A DNA stretch of 64,000 nt from an uncultured Candidatus Saccharibacteria bacterium (GCA_964514875.1 CAZETG010000001.1:12187-76186), one strand, 5' to 3'; counted from the stretch's first letter, positions 38,581-49,495 are shown. Numbers and translations are program-made. The notes: generated by a model not told the origin, from the sequence alone.

Positions 38581-39375
38581 ATGTCTACCGCACATACAAA
38601 AAAACTCAATCAAAAAACTAAATTCAATATTGGTTACGTTACTTTTCTAGCCGTTTGGACTTTTCTGGTGATGTTTGCGAGTCAGATGATACTGCAGTTT
38701 ACCATGTTTAAAGTTTTACGACTCAGTCCGGGCATTGCTTTCTGGATGTTAGTGTATTATGTGCTGAATTATGCGATAGACTTGGCGGTGTTAATCTTAA
38801 TTACGCCACGCTTGATTAAGACGTATCAGAAAATCTTCAAAATTAAACCAACCACGGACAGCAAGCAACTTAGCACTGAACTTCAGACCAACGTCAATGA
38901 AATTGGCATGCGAGACTGGCCAACTTTAACCGATATCGGGCTAGCGCCAGTAGGTTTCCTGCTTTATGTGATCTTGGCGCAGCTAGCGACTACGATCGTC
39001 TCCGGCATTTTTCCTAACTTTAACGGAAGTCAAGCGCAGGATCTTGGTTTCGCTTACTTCCCAAACGGTTTTTCGAAAATATGTGGCATGTTAGCGCTGA
39101 TTATTGTCGCTCCAATCGCCGAAGAAATCATCATGCGCGGCTGGCTGTACGGTAAAGTTCGTAACAAACTGAAAGTTGTGCCAGCAGTTATTGTCGTTTC
39201 GCTACTATTTGGTGCTATGCATGGACAATGGAATGCCGCTATTGTAACTTTTATTCTCAGTTGCATTCTGTGCTCTTTGCGTGAAGTTACCGGTACAATC
39301 TGGAGTGGGGTACTATTGCACATGATAGTGAATGCAGTAGCATTTTATGTGAATTACACTATGATCGGATTATAG
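38581..39375 (+). CDS. CPBP-family intramembrane metalloprotease
   Basis: PIAEEIIMRGWLY, FGAMHG and HMIVNA motifs. Confidence 0.7.
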   Translation: MSTAHTKKLNQKTKFNIGYVTFLAVWTFLVMFASQMILQFTMFKVLRLSPGIAFWMLVYYVLNYAIDLAVLILITPRLIKTYQKIFKIKPTTDSKQLSTELQTNVNEIGMRDWPTLTDIGLAPVGFLLYVILAQLATTIVSGIFPNFNGSQAQDLGFAYFPNGFSKICGMLALIIVAPIAEEIIMRGWLYGKVRNKLKVVPAVIVVSLLFGAMHGQWNAAIVTFILSCILCSLREVTGTIWSGVLLHMIVNAVAFYVNYTMIGL

Positions 39376-39392
39376 TAATCTCAGAACGAGTG

Positions 39393-39401
39393 TGTTATAA
39401 T
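39393..39401 (+). promoter_or_regulatory. Extended -10 (TGTTATAAT) 10 nt upstream of the proS ATG
   Basis: Sequence is gtgTGTTATAATataagtcattATG. Confidence 0.55.
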
Positions 39402-39411
39402 ATAAGTCATT

Positions 39412-40650
39412 ATGAGATTTAGTAAATCGTTTATCAAAACTCTGCGTAACGCACCCAAAGACGAGACAGCCCGCGGAGCTCAGTTCCTAAATCGTGCCGG
39501 ATATGTCCACAAAGAAATGGCCGGCGTTTACGACTATTTACCGCTAGGTTTACGCGTACTTGAAAATATTAAAAATATTATTCGCGAAGAGCTTAATCAG
39601 ATCGGTGCGCAAGAATTACTGCTTTCGACTTTACAACGTCCAGAGCCATGGCAAAAGACTGACCGCTGGGATATCGAAAAAATGGATATTTGGTTTCGGA
39701 CTCAGCTGGCAGCTGGCGGTGAACTAGGATTAGCTCCAACCCACGAAGAGCCAGTCACGGAAATGCTCAAGACTTACCTTACCAGTTACAAAGATTACCC
39801 CGTTTCAGTCTATCAGTTCCAGACTAAATTTCGTAATGAACTCCGCGCTAAATCTGGCATTCTCCGCACGCGTGAATTCATTATGAAAGATTTGTATAGT
39901 TTCTCCGCGACGATTGAAGACCACGAGAAGTTCTATCACGAAGCCGAGCTTGCCTACAAGAAAATCTACGAGCGCCTCGGTATCGGCAATTGTACCTTTC
40001 AGACTTTTGCAAGTGGCGGTGTCTTCGCCAAGTATAGTCATGAATTTCAGACAATTACCGAAGTTGGCGAAGATACGATTTATTATAATAAAGACAAATC
40101 CATCGTACTCAATAAGGAAGTGTTGACTGACGACGTACTTCAGCAGCTAGGCGTTAAGCGTGACGAGCTAGAAAGCACTCGAGCCGCCGAAGTCGGCAAC
40201 ATCTTCACCTTAAAAGATAAATATAGTACGCCGCTCGAGCTTGAGTTTACCGATCAAGACGGACAGCGTAAACCGGCGCTTATGGGCTGCTACGGCATCG
40301 GCGTTTCGCGCGTGATGGGTGTAATTGCCGAGAAATTCGCCGACGACAAAGGCCTGGTCTGGCCCGTATCCATTGCCCCTTACAAAGTCTATCTCATTGC
40401 AATTGGCGATGAAGCAAGCAAAATTGCCGAGCAATTGTACGAAAAGAACGGCGAAAACATCTTGTATGACGATCGTGATTTACGCCCCGGAGAGAAGTTT
40501 GCTGACGCCGAGCTCATGGGCATTCCATACCGCGTTGTCATTAGTGATAAAACTTTAGCAAATAATTCTGCAGAAGTCGCGGCTCGTTCTACCGGAAAAG
40601 TAATTAACATGCCAATAGATCAACTAAATATTGAAACTATTGACATTTAA
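39412..40650 (+). CDS. proS: Proline--tRNA ligase (short form without an editing insertion)
   Basis: Class II motif 2 FRNELRAKSGILRTREFIMKDLYSF and an anticodon-binding C-terminal domain; 412 aa. Confidence 0.9.
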   Translation: MRFSKSFIKTLRNAPKDETARGAQFLNRAGYVHKEMAGVYDYLPLGLRVLENIKNIIREELNQIGAQELLLSTLQRPEPWQKTDRWDIEKMDIWFRTQLAAGGELGLAPTHEEPVTEMLKTYLTSYKDYPVSVYQFQTKFRNELRAKSGILRTREFIMKDLYSFSATIEDHEKFYHEAELAYKKIYERLGIGNCTFQTFASGGVFAKYSHEFQTITEVGEDTIYYNKDKSIVLNKEVLTDDVLQQLGVKRDELESTRAAEVGNIFTLKDKYSTPLELEFTDQDGQRKPALMGCYGIGVSRVMGVIAEKFADDKGLVWPVSIAPYKVYLIAIGDEASKIAEQLYEKNGENILYDDRDLRPGEKFADAELMGIPYRVVISDKTLANNSAEVAARSTGKVINMPIDQLNIETIDI

Positions 40651-40677
40651 GCATATAGGTAATAAACTTTAAGAATT

Positions 40678-41121
40678 ATGAAAAAAACGATCAATCTCAC
40701 ACCGGCAGGATATGCCGAATTGGAAAAGGAATTAAATGAATTAATTGCGCAACGCCCTGCGATCGCTGAGCGCCTAGCAACTGCGCGCGCTTTTGGCGAC
40801 TTGTCCGAAAATCAGGAATATACTGACGCTCGCGCCGAGCAAAAAACTGTCGAAAACCGCATTTTGGAAATTCAAGATACACTTAAAAACGCCGTTTTGA
40901 TCAAAGCGAACAAAGGCGGCAAAGTCTCCATCGGCTCCACAGTCAAAATCAAAATGAACGGCAAGGAGTTTATTTACGTTATTGTTGGTCCAGTCGAGAC
41001 CAATCCTCTCGAAGGTAAAATTTCCCACGAATCACCTATCGGCAAAGAGCTTTTAGGGCGCAAAGCTGGTGACGAGTTCGATTTCAACGGCAAAAAGGTG
41101 AGTATTGAAAGCATAAACTAA
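40678..41121 (+). CDS. greA: Transcription elongation factor GreA
   Basis: ARAFGDLSENQEYTDARAEQ coiled-coil tip and an FKBP-like C-terminal domain. Confidence 0.9.
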   Translation: MKKTINLTPAGYAELEKELNELIAQRPAIAERLATARAFGDLSENQEYTDARAEQKTVENRILEIQDTLKNAVLIKANKGGKVSIGSTVKIKMNGKEFIYVIVGPVETNPLEGKISHESPIGKELLGRKAGDEFDFNGKKVSIESIN

Positions 41122-41133
41122 GGTAAAACATCC

Positions 41134-42585
41134 ATGACTACCCTCAACGACTATCGCGACGAAAGATTGCGCAAACTTTCCGAAATTAAAGCACGTAGTA
41201 TTAATCCTTATCCTGCTAAATCCCATCGTAATACAAAGATTTCAACCATTCTGAACCATTTTGACGAAAAAGACGGTCAGGAAGTCTGCGTAGCGGGGCG
41301 CATTATCGCGATTCGTAGTTTTGGCAAAATTGCTTTCGTCAAGATTCGTGATTACTTTGGTGAAATTCAGATCTTCATGCAAAAAAGCGATGAAGTTTTA
41401 CCCGATCAATTTGGAATCAAAGATTTGAAATTACTTGATACCGGCGATTTTATCGAAGCTAAGGGACAAGTTGGTCGATCCAGTACGGGTGAAATTTCCG
41501 TTTTTGCAAATACAGTAAGATTATTAACGAAGGCGTTGCGCCCTCTACCGGGCTACGACGGCTTAACCAACAAAGAAGAACGCTATCGCCGTCGTTACGT
41601 CGATATGAATGTCAATCCAGAAGTGCGTGCACGTCTTGTACGTCGCTCAAAATTTTGGCAAGCAACACGCGATTTCATGAATCGACATGGTTTTATTGAA
41701 ATTAATGTACCGGTACTTGAGCTTACGACTGGTGGTGCTGATGCTAATCCGTTTGTGACACATATGGACGCGCTGGATACAGATTATTATCTGCGCATCT
41801 CGCATGAATTACCGCTCAAGCGTTTGCTCGGCGGCGGATTCGAAAAAGTTTATGATATTGGCCCGCGTTTTCGTAATGAAGGTGTCGATGACGAACATTT
41901 ACCAGAGCATATCGCCTTTGAAAGCTATGCCGCTTACGAAAATTACGAAGATGGCATGGATTTATATGAAGAAATGATCAAATACGTTGCCAAGGAGACT
42001 TGGGGTACGCTACAATTTGAAGTTAGTGGTTTTAAAGTCAATTTAGATTGTGAATGGCCGCGCATTAAGTATGCTGATTTGCTGAAAGAAAAGTTTGACA
42101 TTAATGTTTTTCAGCTTGATCGCGATAAAGCTATTGGTATTTTGAAACAAGGCAACGTGCAAAAGCCTGAAGAAATGAATGATGCACGCCTGCTTGATAA
42201 TTTATGGAAACTCATTCGCAAAACTTCTGCTGGTCCATACTGGCTAATTGAAGAGCCGCTAAGTTTAAGCCCACTTGCTAAGGTTGTCGAAGATAATCCA
42301 CTCGTTACGCAGCGATTCCATCCGATTATTGCCGGTACCGAAATGGGTAATGGCTACAGCGAGCTCAATGATCCGCTCGACCAGCTCGCGCGTTTTCGGG
42401 AGCAACAAGCTATGCGCGACGCTGGAGACGACGAAGCGCAAATGCTCGACATGGATTTTGTCGAAATGTTGGAGTATGGTATGCCACCTGCCTGCGGCTG
42501 GGGCAATAGCGAGCGCAATTTCTGGCTGCTCGAAGGCGTCAGTGGCCGTGAAGCTGTCCCATTCCCGATTATTCGTGCAAAATAA
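41134..42585 (+). CDS. lysS: Lysine--tRNA ligase (class II)
   Basis: OB-fold N-terminus plus class II motifs (..GPRFRNEG.., ..GWGNSERNF..). Confidence 0.95.
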   Translation: MTTLNDYRDERLRKLSEIKARSINPYPAKSHRNTKISTILNHFDEKDGQEVCVAGRIIAIRSFGKIAFVKIRDYFGEIQIFMQKSDEVLPDQFGIKDLKLLDTGDFIEAKGQVGRSSTGEISVFANTVRLLTKALRPLPGYDGLTNKEERYRRRYVDMNVNPEVRARLVRRSKFWQATRDFMNRHGFIEINVPVLELTTGGADANPFVTHMDALDTDYYLRISHELPLKRLLGGGFEKVYDIGPRFRNEGVDDEHLPEHIAFESYAAYENYEDGMDLYEEMIKYVAKETWGTLQFEVSGFKVNLDCEWPRIKYADLLKEKFDINVFQLDRDKAIGILKQGNVQKPEEMNDARLLDNLWKLIRKTSAGPYWLIEEPLSLSPLAKVVEDNPLVTQRFHPIIAGTEMGNGYSELNDPLDQLARFREQQAMRDAGDDEAQMLDMDFVEMLEYGMPPACGWGNSERNFWLLEGVSGREAVPFPIIRAK

Positions 42586-42613
42586 ACGATTTTACTCCGC
42601 TAGTTTTAAAGCG

Positions 42614-42622
42614 TGCTACAAT
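42614..42622 (+). promoter_or_regulatory. Extended -10 (TGCTACAAT) 9 nt upstream of the ldh ATG
   Basis: Sequence is gcgTGCTACAATaggattaatATG. Confidence 0.55.
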
Positions 42623-42631
42623 AGGATTAAT

Positions 42632-43546
42632 ATGAGTGGAAAAATAATGATTGTGGGCACGGGCAATGTTGGATCGAGTATTGCTTATGCATTATTAAAT
42701 CAACGTACGCCAGTCAAAGAACTGGTTTTGACCGATATTAACCGCGAAGATGCCGAAGGCGAAGTCATGGATCTGGCGGACGCACTGGCGGTCGCGCCGA
42801 GTTACATGCGTCTCAAAGCTGGCAATTATTCCGACGCCAAAGATTGTGATATCTGCATTATCACCGCCGGCGTCAATCAAAAAGACGGTGAATCGCGCAC
42901 TAATCTTGTACAAAAAAACGCCAATATTATGCGAGATATTATCTCGAGCGTAATGGAATCAGGCTTTGACGGTATTTTTCTCATCGTGTCGAATCCAGTC
43001 GATACGCTAAGCTTGTTAGCTTGGAATTATTCTCAGCTTCCGCCCGAACGCGTAATTGGTAGCGGTACAGTACTTGATTCCGCACGTTTACGTTATCGAT
43101 TATCCGAAAAACTTGGCGTTCATCCGAAGTCCGTCCACGCCTATCAAGTCGGTGAGCATGGCGATAGCGAGTTCGCGCTCTGGTCTACAGCCAATTTAGG
43201 CGGCCAGCGCATTATTAGTATGCTGCCACGCGCTGAGCTAATGAAAATTGAATCTGACGTCCGCGACAAAGCTTATCAGATCATCAAAAAGAAAGGTGCG
43301 ACATATTACGGTATCGGCTCTTGCGTTGTTCAGATAATTAACTCCATTTTGAATGACGAGCGCCGCGTGCTGACGGTTTCTAGCTACGATGACAACACTG
43401 GCGTTTACTATGGATTTCCAGCCGTAGTCGGTCGAGAAGGCATCATTCGTCGCCTCGAGTACAAAATGACCGAAAAAGAGGGGATTAAATTACAACAATC
43501 CGTCAACGTCATCAAAGCCACCATTAAAGAGGTGCGGGATGTTTAG
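42632..43546 (+). CDS. ldh: L-lactate dehydrogenase
   Basis: IVGTGNVGSS Rossmann motif and GEHGDS. The ORF-track start at 42275 is an in-frame run overlapping lysS, so the start is trimmed to MSGKIMIVG. Confidence 0.9.
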   Translation: MSGKIMIVGTGNVGSSIAYALLNQRTPVKELVLTDINREDAEGEVMDLADALAVAPSYMRLKAGNYSDAKDCDICIITAGVNQKDGESRTNLVQKNANIMRDIISSVMESGFDGIFLIVSNPVDTLSLLAWNYSQLPPERVIGSGTVLDSARLRYRLSEKLGVHPKSVHAYQVGEHGDSEFALWSTANLGGQRIISMLPRAELMKIESDVRDKAYQIIKKKGATYYGIGSCVVQIINSILNDERRVLTVSSYDDNTGVYYGFPAVVGREGIIRRLEYKMTEKEGIKLQQSVNVIKATIKEVRDV

Positions 43547-45488
43547 TACGCTCCGCAAAACTATTGCAGTTGTGCTACTTGCGGTTTTTTGCGGTTTAGC
43601 ATCATGTCGTAATGTCACCCATGCCGCTAACGTCAATAACTTCTATTTCAAAGATTTTACCGCTGATTATTACCTCAGCCGTGACAATGATGGCATGAGT
43701 CGGCTACGTGTGGTCGAACACTTATTGATTGAGTTTCCAAATTATAATCAAAATCATGGTTTTACGCGCATTATTCCATTTACGAATAACGACGGCAAGA
43801 CTCTGACTATGGCAAGCGATCGTAAATTAAATATTCAAATTGAGCATAATGGCGTTGAAGAAGCTCCGGCTAATATCGAAGCTGGTGACGGCTATTTTAT
43901 AGTTTATGTTGGCGATGGAGACAAATACGTTCACGGTGAACAATCTTACACTTTGACGTACGAATTCCAGAACGTAATACTGTCTTTTACAGAAGACGAT
44001 GAAAGCTGGCAAGAGCTATATTGGGATACGAACGGCAATGATTCCTCGCAGCGTTTTGATAGCGTTACTGCACGTTTACATATTGATCCAGACATTCAAG
44101 ATAATTTCGACGGTCGCGTAGCCTGCTATGTTGGCAACTACGGTGCAGACGGTTCTGATCGATGCGACATTAGCGCCGGAGACGACTATATCGAGTTTAG
44201 TGCACAAGATTTAACGAGCTACGAAGGTTTGACTTTTGCCCTTGGATTTGATGCTGACACTTTCGCCAAGCCAAAACTTCATTATAATTATGCGCCGTTA
44301 ATTTTCTTGGTTATAGAAATTTTATCAAGCAGTGTTTTAATTATTTTAATAATTTTAGCAGTCAAATCCACCAACGAAAAGCGCCATTATTATAAAAACT
44401 TATTTATTAAACCAGAATATACTCCTCCGCACGGTTATACGGTCGCGGAAATGCTCGAAAATTATATCGGTAGCGGCGTCAAAGGTAATTCAAAAGTCGC
44501 CACACTACTTGAGCTTGCCACTAGCCATAAAATTGAGCTCATCAAAGACGAAAGTCAAAGTGCCCTAGGTCGCAAAAAAACAAAATGGCAGCTGCGCATT
44601 TTGTCAACCGAAGACTTATCTAAGGAACAAGTTATCGTACTTAAAATTCTTGCCGGTAGCGCTACGGAGCTGGAAGAAAACCAGACCATTACTATCAAAT
44701 CACGCACAGCTAATAGTACCTTGATCAGCCTCGCCGAAAAATATCAAAAAGAAATCGAAAAAAGTTTAATCGCCAAAGGCCTTTCCGAAGACTTCAAATC
44801 GAAAGCTTCAACCGGAAATATGTCAAAATCAAAACGTCAACCCAACTATCCCTCCGGTCTTGCGGTCGCTACGGCAATTTGGATGATACTGATAATTATT
44901 GCTCTTCTAGCACTAGAGGACATCTTCTACACACCTCCGTATCTAGTCGATATTGGCGCCGAATACTTTTTGCTCGCCAGCATCATCTATGCAATCGTAA
45001 TAATTATTACATCATTTATGATTTCGATCAAGACCCACAAGTATTATCATCCGACCATGAAAGGACTCGATTATTCCCGATATCTTGACGGGCTAAAAAT
45101 GTACATTAAAATGGCCGAAGCTGAACGCTTACAATTCCTACAGAGCGTCGATGGTGCCGATCTAAGTAACACAGGCGTGGTCAAACTTTACGAAAAACTT
45201 TTGCCTTATGCTACTGCTTTTGGACTCGAAAAATCTTGGCTTGCAGAAATGGGCAAATATTACGAACTCGACGACGTTCCAGCTCCAGACTGGTATCTCG
45301 GCGCCAGCGTCTTCTCAGCCGCAGAATTTAGCCGTGCACTTAACTCTATGACCATGGCCGCTAGTAGCAGCATTGCCCACTCCACGACTAGTAGCTCCAG
45401 CTCCAGTAGCTCCGGTTTTTCTGGCGGCGGAGGCGGAGGCGGTTTTTCTGGTGGAGGCGGTGGTGGCGGCGGCTTCGGCGGCTGGTAA
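43539..45488 (+). CDS. DUF2207-like membrane protein with a Ser/Gly-rich C-terminal tail
   Basis: Signal or TM N-terminus, a beta-rich ectodomain, several TM helices, and the tail SSSSSSSSGFSGGGGGGGFSGGGGGGGGFGGW. Confidence 0.7.
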   Translation: MFSTLRKTIAVVLLAVFCGLASCRNVTHAANVNNFYFKDFTADYYLSRDNDGMSRLRVVEHLLIEFPNYNQNHGFTRIIPFTNNDGKTLTMASDRKLNIQIEHNGVEEAPANIEAGDGYFIVYVGDGDKYVHGEQSYTLTYEFQNVILSFTEDDESWQELYWDTNGNDSSQRFDSVTARLHIDPDIQDNFDGRVACYVGNYGADGSDRCDISAGDDYIEFSAQDLTSYEGLTFALGFDADTFAKPKLHYNYAPLIFLVIEILSSSVLIILIILAVKSTNEKRHYYKNLFIKPEYTPPHGYTVAEMLENYIGSGVKGNSKVATLLELATSHKIELIKDESQSALGRKKTKWQLRILSTEDLSKEQVIVLKILAGSATELEENQTITIKSRTANSTLISLAEKYQKEIEKSLIAKGLSEDFKSKASTGNMSKSKRQPNYPSGLAVATAIWMILIIIALLALEDIFYTPPYLVDIGAEYFLLASIIYAIVIIITSFMISIKTHKYYHPTMKGLDYSRYLDGLKMYIKMAEAERLQFLQSVDGADLSNTGVVKLYEKLLPYATAFGLEKSWLAEMGKYYELDDVPAPDWYLGASVFSAAEFSRALNSMTMAASSSIAHSTTSSSSSSSSGFSGGGGGGGFSGGGGGGGGFGGW

Positions 45489-45544
45489 AACAGCCCCCTG
45501 ACATTACAGATATAAAATCTAAAGGAATGTGATAGAATAATAAT

Positions 45545-46789
45545 ATGTTAGATATAAACTTCATTCGGAATAACCAGGAACTAGTCGAAAAATCTACTCG
45601 CGAAAAAGGATACAAAGTCGACATTCCCGAATTACTTAAATTGGACGACGAACGCAAAAGCATCTTACGCACCGTCGAAAATCTGCGCCAACAACGCAAC
45701 GAAATTACTAGCCAGATGAAAAACGGTCAACCCGATCCGAAGCTCATCGCTCGGGCAAAAAAAATCAAAGCCGAGCTATCTGAAGCCGAAGATAAACTCA
45801 GCGAAGCCGAAACAACTACAAAAGCGTTGATTGTCAAAGTCCCTAATATTATCCTCGAAGACGTACCGCTAGGCGGGGAAGAATGTAGCGTTGAAATCGA
45901 AAAATGGGGCGATTGCAAGCCGGATGGCGTCGACCATCTAGATTACGCCGTCTCGCGTGATTGGCTCGATTTTGAACGCGGTGCAAAAGTGGCTGGCGCT
46001 AAGTTCTACTATCTAAAAAATGAATTAGCCTTACTTGAAAATGCCTTATTACAATTCGGCCTCAAGAAAATGCAGCAGCATGGCCTGACCTATATGACCG
46101 TCCCCGATATGGTTTCCAGCAAAATCCTCGAGGGCTGCGGGTTCAATCCACGTAGCAGCGAGCAGAGTGATGAATACTATATTGAAGGTGAAGATCTTGC
46201 CATGATTGCGACCGCCGAGATGCCATTAACTGGCTATCATATGGACGAAATCCTCGACGAAGCCGATCTACCATTATATTATGCTGGCTACAGTGCTTGT
46301 TTCCGCAAGGAAGCCGGCACTTACGGTAAACACACTCGCGGTCTTTTCCGTGTCCATCAGTTTAATAAGCTCGAAATGTATGTTTTTTGCCTCCCTGAGC
46401 AATCCGCCGAAATTCACGAAAAACTATTAGCCATCGAAAAAGAAATTTGGCAAGAGCTCGAAATTCCGTACCATGTTATTAATATTGCAGCTGGCGATCT
46501 TGGTGCGCCAGCGGCCAAAAAATACGATATTGAATATTGGTCACCTATTGATCAAAAATATCGCGAAATCACCAGCTGCTCTAACTGCACTGATTTTCAA
46601 GCACGCAGTCTGAATATCCGTGTGCGTCGCGAGAGTGGTAAAATCGAGGTCGTCCACACACTGAATGGCACTGCGATCTCACTTGCTCGTGCTCTTGTCG
46701 CCATGATCGAAAACCACGCTGTTAAAGACGGCAAGCTCCAGCTGCCGGAACCATTACGCCAATATTTCAATGGAGCTACTGAGATCTGA
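45545..46789 (+). CDS. serS: Serine--tRNA ligase
   Basis: N-terminal coiled-coil arm and class II motif FRKEAGTYGKHTRGLFRVHQFNKLE. A TAGAAT box lies 6 nt upstream of the ATG. Confidence 0.95.
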   Translation: MLDINFIRNNQELVEKSTREKGYKVDIPELLKLDDERKSILRTVENLRQQRNEITSQMKNGQPDPKLIARAKKIKAELSEAEDKLSEAETTTKALIVKVPNIILEDVPLGGEECSVEIEKWGDCKPDGVDHLDYAVSRDWLDFERGAKVAGAKFYYLKNELALLENALLQFGLKKMQQHGLTYMTVPDMVSSKILEGCGFNPRSSEQSDEYYIEGEDLAMIATAEMPLTGYHMDEILDEADLPLYYAGYSACFRKEAGTYGKHTRGLFRVHQFNKLEMYVFCLPEQSAEIHEKLLAIEKEIWQELEIPYHVINIAAGDLGAPAAKKYDIEYWSPIDQKYREITSCSNCTDFQARSLNIRVRRESGKIEVVHTLNGTAISLARALVAMIENHAVKDGKLQLPEPLRQYFNGATEI

Positions 46790-48447
46790 TGCCAGAAGAA
46801 GAGGAAAAAACCAAAAAAAGACCTCGGCTCAAATTCGGCTCAGTCGTCGCCATGGCCAATCGCAAATTACCCGTCAAGGCCGCCGCAGTCATTTTGGCCA
46901 GCTCAACGCTAGTTTCAGCATTGCTTGGAATTTTTCGTGATCGCTTATTAAACTCTTACTATCTCGACACCTACCCGACTGGCATCGATGCTTATACAGC
47001 CGCCTTTACGATTCCGGATTTCATGTTTTTTCTATTAACCTCCGGTGCTCTAGCGGTTAGTTTTATCCCTGTTTTTAATCAAAGATTGTCTTCCGGCAAC
47101 AAAAAATCTGCGTGGGAGCTGTCCTCTAGCATCTTAAATCTCATGGCCCTCATGACCCTAGCGGCGTCAATCCTAATCATGATTTTCGCTGGACCGCTCG
47201 TACGCTACGTCGTTGGTCCGGGACTCGACGAAGCTGGCACAATTCTCGCGATCAACATGATGCGAGTCATTGCAATCAATCCTTTCTTAATGTCGATTGC
47301 GACCATTTTTTCCAGCATTCAGCAAGCGGTAGGACGCTTTGTGTTTTATGCGCTAGCGCCAGCACTATATAACGTCGGAATATTGATCGGTATTGTCTGG
47401 TTTACAGGTGGAATAAATCTTTTTGGTTGGCAAATCTTCGAAGGCGGCATCATGGGTGTAGCGCTTGGCGTTGTACTCGGCGCCATTATGCAGGTTGCAG
47501 TTAGTCTCATCGGCCTCGTAGGACTAGGCTTTGATTATGAATTCAAAATTCACTGGCGCAACCAGGGCTTTCGAGCTGTTCTCAAACTGCTCCCTACTAG
47601 ATCATTAGATCAAGGAATTGATTACGTCAACACTCTTGTTACAACTAATCTTTCCTCACGCATGGGCGCAGGCGCTCTACGTTCTTATCAACAAGCGAGT
47701 AGTCTTTCACAGATGCCCGTTAATCTCATTGGCGTTGCAATTTCGACCGCTTTTTTTCCGCAACTTACCGAAGAAATTGGAGAAGGGAAAGAAGAAAAAT
47801 TTCGCCAAACTTTTCGCACTGCTCTAAGTACAATCATCTGGATCGCCATGCCGGTCTCGCTCATAGCATTTTTTGCTCGCGGCTATGTCGTCAGCTTCAT
47901 TAAAAATGGAGGCGATCAGCTTATTTCGTCCATCCTCGCCACATTGATTCTGTCAATTTTTGCAAACTCAGTGTTCCATATCGCTACTCGCGGCTTTTAT
48001 GCGCGCCAGGACACTAAAACGCCGTTTATAGTCTCGATCATTTCCATCAGTGCTACCATTGGGTTAGCAATTATCCTAGCTATCCTAGACTGCGGCCCAG
48101 AAGGTCTCGGCTGGGCGCAATCCATTGGCGCCATGCTTGAAGTAGCCATCCTGCTGACCCTACTCCAGAAACAATCCAAACGGCAACTTTTTGATCGAAA
48201 ATTCTGGCGAAGTTGCCTAAAAATTATCGCAGCAACATTCATTATGAGTCTCGTTACCTATTCAATGACTAAATTCTTCCCGCTACTGGCTAGTGACGAT
48301 TCGATTTTTAGCACTCTCCCAAAATTCTGCCTTATTACCATAGTCTCACTAGTTGCTTATATTCTTGCTGGATATTTTCTTAATATCGAACAAGTGCGTC
48401 CTATTACCGACAAGATCAAGAAAATTTTGTTCCGCAATTTAGAATAA
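46789..48447 (+). CDS. murJ: Lipid II flippase MurJ
   Basis: A 552-aa polytopic protein with an MviN/MurJ-type N-terminal pattern. TGATG overlap with serS. Confidence 0.85.
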   Translation: MPEEEEKTKKRPRLKFGSVVAMANRKLPVKAAAVILASSTLVSALLGIFRDRLLNSYYLDTYPTGIDAYTAAFTIPDFMFFLLTSGALAVSFIPVFNQRLSSGNKKSAWELSSSILNLMALMTLAASILIMIFAGPLVRYVVGPGLDEAGTILAINMMRVIAINPFLMSIATIFSSIQQAVGRFVFYALAPALYNVGILIGIVWFTGGINLFGWQIFEGGIMGVALGVVLGAIMQVAVSLIGLVGLGFDYEFKIHWRNQGFRAVLKLLPTRSLDQGIDYVNTLVTTNLSSRMGAGALRSYQQASSLSQMPVNLIGVAISTAFFPQLTEEIGEGKEEKFRQTFRTALSTIIWIAMPVSLIAFFARGYVVSFIKNGGDQLISSILATLILSIFANSVFHIATRGFYARQDTKTPFIVSIISISATIGLAIILAILDCGPEGLGWAQSIGAMLEVAILLTLLQKQSKRQLFDRKFWRSCLKIIAATFIMSLVTYSMTKFFPLLASDDSIFSTLPKFCLITIVSLVAYILAGYFLNIEQVRPITDKIKKILFRNLE

Positions 48448-48453
48448 GACTTA

Positions 48454-48462
48454 TGCTATAAT
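48454..48462 (+). promoter_or_regulatory. Extended -10 (TGCTATAAT) 6 nt upstream of the uppP ATG; leaderless-type
   Basis: Sequence is cttaTGCTATAATaatattATG. Confidence 0.6.
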
Positions 48463-48468
48463 AATATT

Positions 48469-49275
48469 ATGAATTTAATCCAGGCAATTATTTTAGGTTT
48501 CATTCAAGGTATTACCGAATTTATTCCAGTCTCCTCATCTGGTCACCTTGAGCTTGCGCGCTATATTCTTAATCTTCCTGCCGATAATTATCATCTTTTT
48601 TTAGAATTTATTAACCTCGGCACACTACTAGCACTTTTGATCTATTTTCGCAAGCGCATCTGGAAAATTCTCAAAAACGTTTTTTCAGAGCGTAACTACA
48701 AGCTCGCAATCAACATCGTCATCACCAGCATTCCAGCTGGGTTAGTCGGTTTACTTCTCGGCGGTTTTATCGAGGACAATCCATTTTTTGGCTCTTTATA
48801 TACAGTTAGTATTGCAATGGGCATCGTCGGTCTAATCATGATTGCCATTGATAAAATACCGCACCTATCCAAGCTCAAAAATGAAAATGAGCTGACGCCT
48901 GGGCGAGCCCTCGCCATTGGTTTATGTCAAATTTTCGCCCTCATTCCTGGTACTTCCCGTTCTGGCACGACTATCATTACCGGTCGCCTCGTCGGTCTCG
49001 ATTCCGAATCAGCCGCCGAATACTCATTTCTCGCTTCAATTCCAATTATGTGCGGCGTTTGTCTCAAAATGTTCCTTTCGTCGACGGGGCGAACCTACTT
49101 CATCGATAACCTCGGCATTTTACTAATAGGGAACCTAGTTGCTTTCGTCGTTGGTCTATTTGCGTTGCATACGCTCCTCGCCTATCTCAAAAAACCTAAG
49201 TCTCTACAGACTTTTGGTAAATACCGCGTTATCCTCGCTTGTATCGTTTTGGGCACACTGCTCATACTTGCGTGA
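48469..49275 (+). CDS. uppP: Undecaprenyl-diphosphatase (BacA)
   Basis: GFIQGITEFIPVSSSGHL and PGTSRSGTTI motifs. Confidence 0.9.
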   Translation: MNLIQAIILGFIQGITEFIPVSSSGHLELARYILNLPADNYHLFLEFINLGTLLALLIYFRKRIWKILKNVFSERNYKLAINIVITSIPAGLVGLLLGGFIEDNPFFGSLYTVSIAMGIVGLIMIAIDKIPHLSKLKNENELTPGRALAIGLCQIFALIPGTSRSGTTIITGRLVGLDSESAAEYSFLASIPIMCGVCLKMFLSSTGRTYFIDNLGILLIGNLVAFVVGLFALHTLLAYLKKPKSLQTFGKYRVILACIVLGTLLILA

Positions 49276-49466
49276 GGAAGCCGATCTGACGTATATCTCA
49301 TTTTACACCGGCACTCTCCGACACTTTTCTAGGCAGTCAACTAGTTAGTGTTACTCAATAGTCTCCTCTGAAGACATTTCACATGATAAAATCAGACAAA
49401 AACGTATAAATCGCCCCAAATAATGGTATATTAGTTGAGATATCGTAGTTTTTAGCAAAAACGTTA

Positions 49467-49495
49467 TTGACTTTTTAGATAAAGTATGCTACAAT
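49467..49495 (+). promoter_or_regulatory. Consensus promoter TTGACT-17-TGcTACAAT
   Basis: TTGACTttttagataaagtaTGCTACAAT, about 115 nt upstream of the small membrane-protein gene. Confidence 0.65.

Noticed and set aside
42275-42631. The ORF track gives a 423-aa ldh ORF starting at 42275, overlapping lysS by about 310 nt.
   Set aside because: The upstream part is just an open alternative frame of lysS. A TGCTACAAT box at 42614-42622 and the canonical LDH N-terminus MSGKIMIVGTGNVG support the start at 42632.
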